IMG/VR virus record: IMGVR_UViG_3300042934_000350
Coordinates: 1-38,401 of that record
Length of the DNA stretch: 38,401 nt
Source of the DNA: a virus
Lineage: Duplodnaviria > Caudoviricetes
Direction: 5' to 3' (one strand)
Below the pieces are notes generated by a model. That model was not told where the DNA came from. It did no database searches and was given only the letters and a program-made list of their open reading frames with translations. The position numbers and the translations under genes are program-made. Shown here one piece after another: positions 28,120-35,889 of the stretch (the stretch's first letter is position 1; every line of letters starts with the position of its first letter).

Positions 28120-28374
28120 ATGGAAGCTAGACTAGAAAAGTTAGAAAAGAGGTTCGATGAACTTGAATTACAAGTGATAAATATTGAAAAAAACGCAGCA
28201 GTAAGTGGAGAACAAATAAAAATGATATTCAATATTTTAAATGAGATCAAAACAAGCATAAAACAAATAGCCGACAAAATAGACGAAAGGTCACAGAAAC
28301 CCACGCAGTTACTTTGGAGTATTGGCGGCGGAATTCTAGTGGCCTTAATTATTGCCGGACTTAAATTTATTTAG
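28120..28374 (+). CDS. XhlA-like lysis membrane protein
   Basis: Coiled coil plus one C-terminal transmembrane helix, upstream of the endolysin. Confidence 0.7.
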   Translation: MEARLEKLEKRFDELELQVINIEKNAAVSGEQIKMIFNILNEIKTSIKQIADKIDERSQKPTQLLWSIGGGILVALIIAGLKFI

Positions 28375-28385
28375 GAGGAATTAAT

Positions 28386-28562
28386 ATGTTAGAAAAAATC
28401 ATAGCAAAAATCACATCGGGTAAATGGTTAATGACAGTAGCCTTTACAGTAACAACTTGTTACCTTGCGTGGATAGGTCAAATACCTACAGATCAATTTG
28501 TACCAATGGTTACAATGATAGTAGGCTTTTACTTTGCGCAATCAGTATCGAAAGGAGCATAA
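28386..28562 (+). CDS. Probable holin (58 aa, two transmembrane helices; not in ORF track)
   Basis: MLEKIIAKITSGKWLMTVAFTVTTCYLAWIGQIPTDQFVPMVTMIVGFYFAQSVSKGA; AGGAGG RBS; abuts the endolysin. Confidence 0.75.
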   Translation: MLEKIIAKITSGKWLMTVAFTVTTCYLAWIGQIPTDQFVPMVTMIVGFYFAQSVSKGA

Positions 28563-29174
28563 ATGCTTAAGCAAGACTTCATCAATTTAATACTTCCAGG
28601 AGCAAAGAGGGCACATGCTGAATATGGTGTGCTGCCCTCTCTTACTTTATCTCAAGCAATACTAGAATCTAATTCCGGCAAATCCTCTATAGGAAATAAT
28701 ATATTTGGTATAAAGGCCACAGCAACTTGGAAAGGTAAAAAGCAGTTAGTCTGGACTACTGAATATATTAAAGGTGTTAAAACCAAAGTTCAAGCATGGT
28801 TCCGGGATTATGACAGCATAGACGAATCTATATTGGATCACGCAAAACTATTAACACTAACAAGATATAAGCCTGTTGTTGCTGCAAAGGACTATAAAGA
28901 AGCTTGCGTTCAAGTACAAAAGTGCGGATATGCTACGGATCCTAAATATGCCACTAAGCTAATTAGCATTATAGAACAAAATAAACTTAATCTACACGAT
29001 GTAGAATTAACAGAGGAACAACTCTTGTGTGCTGCCATAGACAAACTAAGCAAGTTATCAAAACCAATAATAACTTCACCTTCGTTCTATAAAGAAAATG
29101 CCAAAGAAGGTAAAATGATACCCGGGGAATATGTGGCATTTATACTTAAAAGAATGGCTGATTATTTAGGGTAG
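28563..29174 (+). CDS. Endolysin, GH73 glucosaminidase/FlgJ-like
   Basis: QAILESNSG, NNIFGIKA, FRDYDS and GYATDPKY motifs. Confidence 0.92.
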   Translation: MLKQDFINLILPGAKRAHAEYGVLPSLTLSQAILESNSGKSSIGNNIFGIKATATWKGKKQLVWTTEYIKGVKTKVQAWFRDYDSIDESILDHAKLLTLTRYKPVVAAKDYKEACVQVQKCGYATDPKYATKLISIIEQNKLNLHDVELTEEQLLCAAIDKLSKLSKPIITSPSFYKENAKEGKMIPGEYVAFILKRMADYLG

Positions 29175-29196
29175 CTACGGCTGCCCCTTTTTTTAT
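29163..29196 (+). repeat. Direct repeat copy 1 (gene end plus terminator)
   Basis: TATTTAGGGTAGCTACGGCTGCCCCTTTTTTTAT, repeated at 29872-29904. Confidence 0.85.
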
Positions 29197-29229
29197 GCTA
29201 TAATATAGCAAAAACTATATGAGGTGTAT

Positions 29230-29883
29230 ATGAAAGATATATTAATATTCGGCTGTGGCGGTCATGCAAAGGTAATAACAGATATTGTTGAAAAACAAGG
29301 CAAATATAATATAGCAGGATTCATAGATAACTACAAAACACCGGGCGAAACATTTATAGGCTATAAGGTTTTGGGAAGTGAATCTGATATATTAAAAATA
29401 GGAATAGATGCAGGAATAGTTGCATTAGGCGATAATTGGATAAGAAGCAAAGTTGTAAATAATGTATTAAGTATAAATAGTCAATTTGAATTTGTAACAG
29501 CCATTCATCCTTTTACTTCTATCACAAGAGATGTTGTCATAGGCAATGGAACTGTAATAATGGCAGGAAGTATAATAAATAGCAATACAAAAATAGGGAG
29601 TCACTGTATAATTAATACGAATTCATCAGTAGACCACGATAATACAATATGTGATTTCTCGAGCATTGCACCAGGAGTAACAACGGGTGGAAATGTAAAT
29701 ATTGGAGAGTTTACAGCAATTTCTTTAGGCGCAAAAATAAAACATGGCATAACAATAGGCGAGCATAGCGTTATAGGGGCAGGAAGTGTCGTACTCAAAA
29801 ATGTAGACAGTAACGTTGTGCAATATGGCGCACCTGCCAAATATATAAGAGATAGAAATAAAGGTGATAAATATTTAGGGTAG
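29230..29883 (+). CDS. PglD/NeuD-family sugar acetyltransferase (hexapeptide repeat); moron
   Basis: IFGCGGHAKVI, VALGDNWIR, IHP, VDHD, hexapeptide repeats, GAPAK; start 29224 or 29230. Confidence 0.9.
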   Translation: MKDILIFGCGGHAKVITDIVEKQGKYNIAGFIDNYKTPGETFIGYKVLGSESDILKIGIDAGIVALGDNWIRSKVVNNVLSINSQFEFVTAIHPFTSITRDVVIGNGTVIMAGSIINSNTKIGSHCIINTNSSVDHDNTICDFSSIAPGVTTGGNVNIGEFTAISLGAKIKHGITIGEHSVIGAGSVVLKNVDSNVVQYGAPAKYIRDRNKGDKYLG

Positions 29884-29904
29884 CTTCGGCTGCCCTTTTT
29901 TTAT
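29872..29904 (+). repeat. Direct repeat copy 2 (gene end plus terminator)
   Basis: TATTTAGGGTAGCTTCGGCTGCCCTTTTTTTAT with a TTCG tetraloop hairpin. Confidence 0.85.
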
Positions 29905-29905
29905 T

Positions 29906-29934
29906 GCATAGAATCTTTACAACCTCACATACTA
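29906..29934 (+). promoter_or_regulatory. Sporulation sigma-G-like promoter
   Basis: GCATA-17 bp-CATACTA fits the sigma-G consensus GHATR...CATWHTA; 15 bp upstream of the HNH start. Confidence 0.55.
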
Positions 29935-29949
29935 ACACTGGGTGATATT

Positions 29950-30222
29950 ATGGATATAATAATTGTTTTATTAATATTGCTGTATCTTAATCACTATATC
30001 AAACACCACAGACATGACACCTATAATGCCTATATACATTCGTCAGAATGGCGCATGAAGCGTCAAGTTATATTAAAAAGGGATTCATACCAATGCACTC
30101 AATGTCACCGCAAAACCGATTTACAAGTGCATCACCTTAGTTATGCTCACCTTGGACATGAACGTAATTATGAACTAACAACCCTATGTAGAAATTGCCA
30201 TGCTAGTAGACATAATAAATAA
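29950..30222 (+). CDS. HNH endonuclease with hydrophobic N-terminus
   Basis: SSEWRMKR...RDSYQCTQC...LQVHHLSY...LTTLCRNCH. Confidence 0.85.
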   Translation: MDIIIVLLILLYLNHYIKHHRHDTYNAYIHSSEWRMKRQVILKRDSYQCTQCHRKTDLQVHHLSYAHLGHERNYELTTLCRNCHASRHNK

Positions 30223-30292
30223 AATAGTACTTGCAACAACGTACTGTACCTTGAATAGTATATACTACAGTATAAATTATAGGAGGTACAGT

Positions 30293-30484
30293 ATGAATAG
30301 TTTAGATTTATCAATTATCAACTGGCTTAGTCAAATGATGCACACTTATATACCTTTTACCAATCAATATATCTTTGGGTTTCCTTTTGGTGAATATGCT
30401 TTTTACTGCCTTTTATTTTACATTGCCGGAGAATTGTACCTTATCAAATCGGGTAATTGGGGTAAAAAGAAGGTGAGCAAATGA
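30293..30484 (+). CDS. Small membrane protein upstream of FtsK
   Basis: AGGAGG RBS before ATG 30293; hydrophobic; ATGA overlap with FtsK. Confidence 0.65.
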   Translation: MNSLDLSIINWLSQMMHTYIPFTNQYIFGFPFGEYAFYCLLFYIAGELYLIKSGNWGKKKVSK

Positions 30485-31680
30485 TATTAGAAGGATTAGG
30501 ACTAACAGCTTGCTCTTATATAATTTACAAGTACTATGATAAAGAACGTAGGGATTTACGCATTCAATGGAAAAAGATTATGCAAGAAAATAGCATGGTC
30601 AATGATGATGGAGTAACCTACACACTAGCTAAAGTAAACCCTACAGAATACGGCTTTTTGTGTATTGTGGCAATTCCCCCAGGATACAGCTTTGAAGAAT
30701 TAGAAAAGAAAAAAGAAGTGTTACAGAGTGGGTTAAAAGGTATAGTGACAATGGAGCATAATATTTTTAATGGCTGGATAACAATAAAACTTTATAAGAA
30801 TCCCTTGAAAGATTTAATTTTCGCACCGGTAGCAACTAAACCCCATGAATTATACCTAGGCTATACATTTGATAAGCAAATAGTAGTAAATATGCACACT
30901 CACCCTCATGTGCTTTATGGAGGGATTAATGGATCAGGAAAGACGAGAGCCTTATATTGTTTATTGACCAATTTAATACACAATCATTCTAAAGAAGAAG
31001 TTAATATATATATGTCACAAATAGGTAAAACGGACTTATTCCTTTACCGTGGTTGCCCTCAGGTAATACATTTTGCTAGAACCCCAGAACAGAGCTTGAA
31101 GATGTATAAGGCTGTATATGTAATAATAAAAGAAAGAGAAATGCTAATTGAAAAGCTTATGAGCAAAGGTATCTTGAATATAGAAGATTACAATAATAAA
31201 ATGCCTGTCAAGTTGCCTATATTATATATAGTAAGTGATGAATTTTCGCTGTATATGCCTGATGCCACAGATACTAAAGAACAGAAGATTTTAAAAGAGC
31301 AATGCCTTGATTTATTAGGCTATATTATAAAAATAGGTAGAGGCTATGGCGGTTTCGTTTTAATGTGCTTGCAACGCACTACAACCGACCAAATGCCAAT
31401 GTTTTTGAAGTCGCAAGTAAATACCAAGCTAACCTTTAAACAGACCGATGTGCACAGCAGCCGAAATATAATAGATACTGATGAAGCTCTTAAGCTTAGA
31501 AATAGAGAAGGAATATTATTGGCCGATGATAGATATATGATTAAAACACCTTATATTGACCAAAAAATAATAGAAAAGTATATAAAACCTAAAGATGTAA
31601 AGCAAAAGCCTATAGTTGTTAATGCCACTTTAAAGCCTTATAAACCCAAACAGCAAGACGGAATTATAAGAGGTGTATAA
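30481..31680 (+). CDS. FtsK/SpoIIIE-domain ATPase
   Basis: HPHVLYGGINGSGKT Walker A, IVSDEF Walker B, GRGYG...LQR; N-terminal membrane anchor. Confidence 0.88.
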   Translation: MILEGLGLTACSYIIYKYYDKERRDLRIQWKKIMQENSMVNDDGVTYTLAKVNPTEYGFLCIVAIPPGYSFEELEKKKEVLQSGLKGIVTMEHNIFNGWITIKLYKNPLKDLIFAPVATKPHELYLGYTFDKQIVVNMHTHPHVLYGGINGSGKTRALYCLLTNLIHNHSKEEVNIYMSQIGKTDLFLYRGCPQVIHFARTPEQSLKMYKAVYVIIKEREMLIEKLMSKGILNIEDYNNKMPVKLPILYIVSDEFSLYMPDATDTKEQKILKEQCLDLLGYIIKIGRGYGGFVLMCLQRTTTDQMPMFLKSQVNTKLTFKQTDVHSSRNIIDTDEALKLRNREGILLADDRYMIKTPYIDQKIIEKYIKPKDVKQKPIVVNATLKPYKPKQQDGIIRGV

Positions 31681-32252
31681 TGCTTACAAAGAATGATATT
31701 AAGATATTAAAATTTATAGGTGAGCATGGCAGCATAACCATAGACCAATGCACTAAATTATTCTTCAATCATGCTAAATACGGACACGACTTAGCTAGAA
31801 AGCGTTTAAAGGCTCTATATGATATAGGGGAATGTAAATATACCACCTTGAAGAATTCAACTAGCCTAGAGCGTATATACTACATTACAAAGCCATATTC
31901 AGCACATAGTTTATACCTCATGGACTTTTATGCTAATTTAGTCAGCGTTGGAGCTGAGATACAAGAGTTTAGGAAAGAAGCTGTATTTAATAATTTGAGA
32001 TCCGATGCGTTCGTTAAGTTTAAATATAAGACAGATACAGTATTGTGTTTTATAGAAGTGGTATTAACTCACCAGGTAGGCTATGAAAAGTATGAAAGCC
32101 TAAAGGATAGTTTTGACCTTCAGCGCGAGTATGGAATATTCCCTATGTTATTTATTATCAGTGGAGTGCCGGACCGATATAAAGGTAATAAACTTATTGT
32201 AAAATATCTTGATTATAGGCTTAATGATTTCAATAGAATAGTACTGCCGTAG
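31680..32252 (+). CDS. Replication-relaxation (Replic_Relax)-like protein
   Basis: N-terminal wHTH (LTKNDIKILKFI...ARKRLKAL), H.L...DFY, RSDAF...FIEV; coupled to FtsK. Confidence 0.7.
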   Translation: MLTKNDIKILKFIGEHGSITIDQCTKLFFNHAKYGHDLARKRLKALYDIGECKYTTLKNSTSLERIYYITKPYSAHSLYLMDFYANLVSVGAEIQEFRKEAVFNNLRSDAFVKFKYKTDTVLCFIEVVLTHQVGYEKYESLKDSFDLQREYGIFPMLFIISGVPDRYKGNKLIVKYLDYRLNDFNRIVLP

Positions 32253-32495
32253 ATACTATAGGATATACAGTGAGTAGTACTTTAATACAGTATAATATAG
32301 TGGTATAAAATAATGTATTATAGCCATTGGAAAGACTTAGTTTTAGTTTTTATAGTTTTTAATGCAATATAACTACCATCACCACTAACTCTCTCCCTCC
32401 GGTCGCTCGTATTCTTTTTTCCCTTGCTCAACCCAAACAACAGCCAACGGCAACAGTGCATCAATCAGCCAAAACAAGAATAATTTTCCAAACAC

Positions 32496-32524
32496 AAAAG
32501 GGACTATATAAAGTCCCTTCTTTT
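32496..32524. terminator. Bidirectional terminator between convergent operons
   Basis: aaAAGGGACT atataa AGTCCCTT ctttt. Confidence 0.75.
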
Positions 32525-32525
32525 A

Positions 32526-32747
32526 TTAACTCATTGCTCCACTGCGAAGTTTTTGCATCGTATACCCTTCGCTTTTTTCTATAAATGAATTTATTGCTTT
32601 GTCTATATCGTAAGAATACTTACTATTGCCAACCATAACTGCAAGTAGTTCAATAATAGCATTGTTTGCTTCATTGATTTTATAACTTTCACTGGCATGC
32701 TCAATTTTGGCACATAGTCTTAGTATTTTTTCTTCTTTACTCCCCAT
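32526..32747 (-). CDS. Hypothetical protein
   Basis: GGGAGG RBS. Confidence 0.65.
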   Translation of the reverse strand: MGSKEEKILRLCAKIEHASESYKINEANNAIIELLAVMVGNSKYSYDIDKAINSFIEKSEGYTMQKLRSGAMS

Positions 32748-32761
32748 TCCCTTTACCTCCC

Positions 32762-32875
32762 TTATATAATACTAGGGGTTACAACTTTCCATTCACAATC
32801 TTCACATCCTGCATTATCTTCTTCCCAATATGCACAATAATACCCATTTTCAGTTTTGTTATAGTATTTGCACAT
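32762..32875 (-). CDS. Small Cys-rich hypothetical protein (37 aa)
   Basis: MCKYYNKTENGYYCAYWEEDNAGCEDCEWK...; fills the operon gap. Confidence 0.5.
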   Translation of the reverse strand: MCKYYNKTENGYYCAYWEEDNAGCEDCEWKVVTPSII

Positions 32876-32879
32876 TCCC

Positions 32880-33113
32880 CTACTTCCTCCCTAATACTAA
32901 ATCGGCTAACGAGGCATCTTTATTATCTTTTAATATTTCTAAGTTTTTATCAAAGGTTTCTTGGTCAACTTTAATTACGTATTGAATAGGTATCATTAAT
33001 TCAGCTTGGGTTAATTTTTCTGAATACTGTTTCATAAGGTCTGTCATAGCTTGTTTGTAGCCATCGGAATAACCTTCTTGATACCCTATAAGATGTTTCA
33101 TTTCTATATTCAC
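32880..33113 (-). CDS. Hypothetical protein
   Basis: GGGAGGGG RBS; GYQEGYSDGY motif. Confidence 0.6.
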   Translation of the reverse strand: MNIEMKHLIGYQEGYSDGYKQAMTDLMKQYSEKLTQAELMIPIQYVIKVDQETFDKNLEILKDNKDASLADLVLGRK

Positions 33114-33274
33114 TTCTTACCCCTCCCTAATACTTTTTTATTCCTATCCTCTACAGACTTACGGATATATTCTGATACATTCTCTTGCTCTATCTCCGCA
33201 GCCTTTTCCGTTTCTTCCTTTAGCTTTGGTGATACTCTTACATCAGGAAACTTCTCTGTTTTAACTCTTACCAT
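33110..33274 (-). CDS. Ribbon-helix-helix protein (54 aa; not in ORF track)
   Basis: MVRVKTEKFPDVRVSPKLKEETEKAAEIEQENVSEYIRKSVEDRNKK; GAGGTGG RBS. Confidence 0.65.
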   Translation of the reverse strand: MVRVKTEKFPDVRVSPKLKEETEKAAEIEQENVSEYIRKSVEDRNKKVLGRGKK

Positions 33275-33626
33275 TATCCACCTCGTATATATTGCCTATT
33301 ACTTCTAATTCTTGCACATCATCCCATAAATATATTCCATCTTCCCCGTCTAAACTTTCTAGCATAAATGATGCACATTCAAATTTTACTATCCCTATAA
33401 ATCCATCGTGTTTTGACCCTATTAAATCGCAAGTACGTTTGGCTATATCTCCCTCATATATCTCTACACCATTCTTATCTTTTAAACCTGTGTATTGGCA
33501 AGATAATTCATTAACCCTCGAAGTTGTTAATTCATCCCCAAATGCAGGAGAAGTGAATATGCCATCAATAAAACCCCAATAGTAAGTTTTACCATTTGAT
33601 ATTACTCTAAATTTCTTTTCCCTCAT
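33261..33626 (-). CDS. YopX-family protein
   Basis: MREKKFR...QYTGLKDKNGVEIYEGDI...EVIGNIYE signature. Confidence 0.9.
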   Translation of the reverse strand: MREKKFRVISNGKTYYWGFIDGIFTSPAFGDELTTSRVNELSCQYTGLKDKNGVEIYEGDIAKRTCDLIGSKHDGFIGIVKFECASFMLESLDGEDGIYLWDDVQELEVIGNIYEVDNGKS

Positions 33627-33701
33627 ATAAATACCTCCTATAATTTAATCTCTAATTATAGTATATTCCTATTGTCGGACAATTGCAAGACTTATTTGTG
33701 A

Positions 33702-34100
33702 TTATTTTCCACTTTTTATATGTTTATCAAATATAGCTCTGGCAATATGAGATTCAGTAACCTTGCCTTTACCTCTATTCTTTTTCTTAGCAATAGCCTG
33801 TTCATCTTCTAATAATTTGACATGTTCTGGTGCAAGATATAAAACCTTTCTAATATATGTGTCGGTTGGGTTCAAATAACCTTCTAATGACGTCGACGTG
33901 CCCGTGGTAGTGACCGTACCCGTGACCGTACCCTTATCCGTACTCGGTAACGGTTCTGGTTCTGTGCTCGGTGGCGGTGGGGTTGTCGGTAACGTACCCG
34001 TGCTCGATATAACTTCTTTCTCTTTGGGCTTTATCATATTAAGCCACGTAGCATCTTCCTTTGGTTCATCATCTACAATAATTTCTTTAGCCAATTCCAA
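33702..34100 (-). CDS. Putative partition adaptor (type Ib centromere-binding protein, C-terminal RHH-like)
   Basis: Overlaps the parA 3' end; disordered T/P-rich middle; RKVLYL...SHIARAIFDKHI C-terminus. Confidence 0.6.
   Translation of the reverse strand: MELAKEIIVDDEPKEDATWLNMIKPKEKEVISSTGTLPTTPPPPSTEPEPLPSTDKGTVTGTVTTTGTSTSLEGYLNPTDTYIRKVLYLAPEHVKLLEDEQAIAKKKNRGKGKVTESHIARAIFDKHIKSGK
33889..34008. repeat. GC-rich degenerate hexamer array (20 units) inside the adaptor gene
   Basis: GACGTC GACGTG CCCGTG GTAGTG ACCGTA CCCGTG ACCGTA ... CTCGGT AACGGT ... AACGTA CCCGTG. Confidence 0.75.
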
Positions 34101-34851
34101 AACACTCCTTTACAAACTTCCTATACTCTTGCACTTGCTCATTATCAGAATGTATAACGGCAGGAGTACGATATATGTCAGCTTCACTAAATTTTACAGT
34201 ACGATATATTGTAGTATCATATATTTTTATCTTACCTTCAAAGAACCTTCTAGCCTTACTCAATATGGTTGTGCTTGAGTTGGTTCCTCGATTGAACATT
34301 GTCGGCAGTATTCCCATGATTTCGAGATCAGGTTTATATTTGTAGATAGCCTTTATAATCGCCTTGGCTCCCTCGAAAGCATCTTCCTCGCATTGCATAG
34401 GTATAATAACACTATCGGCAGCGAGCAAGGTTGTAATCGTGTTAAATGTGATAGTAGGAGGTGTGTCGATTAAAATATAATCATACTTGCTCCTTATCTC
34501 GTCTATGGCATTTTTTAGTATAAACATAGGATTCTTATACTTCTCAGTGTTCATCAGCAAAGTTACAACTATATCCTGCAGAGTTTCATTAGCAGGAACA
34601 ATGTCATAACCAAACTTAGTTTTTACAATGCAATCTGATATGGATTTCTCTTGCTTTAGCACTTCAAAAGCTGAATATCCAAAATAATCATTAGGCAATA
34701 ACCCAGACCTCTTAGTACCATTACCTTGGCTATCGGCATCAAAGACTAATATACTTTTGCCATGTTCGGCCAATATTGCTGCAGTATTTACCACTGTAGT
34801 AGTTTTACTCGAACCACCTTTCTCGATTTCAAATGCGATTACTTTACCCAT
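34087..34851 (-). CDS. parA: ParA/Soj-family partition ATPase
   Basis: Deviant Walker A KGGSSKTT, DADSQGN, YDYILIDTPP, GILPTMF. Confidence 0.93.
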   Translation of the reverse strand: MGKVIAFEIEKGGSSKTTTVVNTAAILAEHGKSILVFDADSQGNGTKRSGLLPNDYFGYSAFEVLKQEKSISDCIVKTKFGYDIVPANETLQDIVVTLLMNTEKYKNPMFILKNAIDEIRSKYDYILIDTPPTITFNTITTLLAADSVIIPMQCEEDAFEGAKAIIKAIYKYKPDLEIMGILPTMFNRGTNSSTTILSKARRFFEGKIKIYDTTIYRTVKFSEADIYRTPAVIHSDNEQVQEYRKFVKECFGIG

Positions 34852-34961
34852 TAATAATACCCCCTATTTATTATTGTTTGCCCTATAGAGCATAGTTTTT
34901 ATGTATAGTCATAAACTAATATGTTGAATATGTAAAATGGCTTAAAAACGATTTAAATTCG

Positions 34962-35690
34962 TCAGAAGATAAACTTATTTACCTCATAATCTTTTTTTTC
35001 TTGGTCCAGTGCTTTTTCAAAATATTGCCGGAATGAGGTCCTTATATTTCCTGCTTTGTACTGGTCCTTTACTCGGTCATAAGTAGAAGTAACTCGGTCC
35101 TCTGGAAGTAAATAACGGTCCGCATAATATTTAAGCATTTGGTCAATCGTTTCAAACTCTATCAGATCAGATTGATTAGTATTCTCTGAAGAAGTCTCTG
35201 TAGAATTCTCTGGTAATGGTCCACCCACATTGTGTGAATGCATTCCGTCAAGTTGTCGGTTTGTCATTCCGCCACTTTGTGTAGATGCATTCTGACAAGT
35301 TGTCGGTTTGCATTCCGTCAAGTTGTCGGTTTGCTTTTTGCTGTATTCTTGTTCAATTGCAGTAAGTTTGTCATAATCTATTGAGTACCACTTAGTCCTA
35401 TCTCTACGATCTGTATTAAAATTATCTGAAATTAATAAACCTATTTCTTCAAGATTTTTTATAATCCTTTCAATGGTCCTGACACTCCAAAATATAAAAT
35501 CATTTTCCTGCCATTCTACAGCACTGTTATAGGTCCAGTATCTTCCTTTATGAAAGTTTATCTTCTTCTTTGCATTAATCTCTAGCCAGTAATGAATTTG
35601 CTGCAGTAAGATAGATTCATTTAATCCAATAACCTTGGCTAAGGTCCTATCAATCACAAGCGGTTGACTATCAAATAATAATTTTCCCAA
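34962..35690 (-). CDS. Second replication initiator (wHTH), probably the plasmid-state Rep
   Basis: LLFDSQPLVIDRTLAKVIGLNESILLQQIHYWL...GRYWTYNS...DRTKWYSIDY initiator family; internal iterons; upstream of parA. Confidence 0.8.
   Translation of the reverse strand: MGKLLFDSQPLVIDRTLAKVIGLNESILLQQIHYWLEINAKKKINFHKGRYWTYNSAVEWQENDFIFWSVRTIERIIKNLEEIGLLISDNFNTDRRDRTKWYSIDYDKLTAIEQEYSKKQTDNLTECKPTTCQNASTQSGGMTNRQLDGMHSHNVGGPLPENSTETSSENTNQSDLIEFETIDQMLKYYADRYLLPEDRVTSTYDRVKDQYKAGNIRTSFRQYFEKALDQEKKDYEVNKFIF
35217..35333. repeat. Iterons (23-24 bp period) inside rep; candidate plasmid origin
   Basis: CATTCCGTCAAGTTGTCGGTTTG at 35241 and 35311, variant at 35288, degenerate copies near 35219 and 35265. 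Confidence 0.8.
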
Positions 35691-35760
35691 TTAAAAAATC
35701 TCCCTTCGTATAGCAACTAAAGGAGATTTACATTCTTTTACTAAATTTTATATATACCTA

Positions 35761-35790
35761 TTGCATAAACTCGTACAAATAGTATATAAT
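35761..35790 (+). promoter_or_regulatory. Sigma-A promoter antisense to the rep leader
   Basis: TTGCAT-18 bp-TATAAT. Confidence 0.6.
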
Positions 35791-35796
35791 AATAGT

Positions 35797-35872
35797 AAAT
35801 GAATATAAAAATCCTAATGTAGCCTTTCCCTTTGGGTCGCCAAACTTTCGGGGAAGGGCTTATTGCTTTTTT
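35797..35872 (+). ncRNA. Candidate counter-transcribed copy-number control RNA
   Basis: Promoter upstream; stem AGCCTTTCCC...GGGAAGGGCT with GGTCGCCAAAC loop, then a T tract; lies between the RHH gene and rep. Confidence 0.55.
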
Positions 35873-35889
35873 GTTATCTTTATTTTACA

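Noticed and set aside
32253-32495. oriT/nic site for the relaxase-like protein in the gap after it
   Set aside because: Plausible position with a GC-richer patch near 32390-32410, but no convincing inverted repeat or known nic motif
33898-34278. Plus-strand 126-aa V/G-rich ORF
   Set aside because: Antisense to parA and its adaptor; the low complexity comes from the hexamer array
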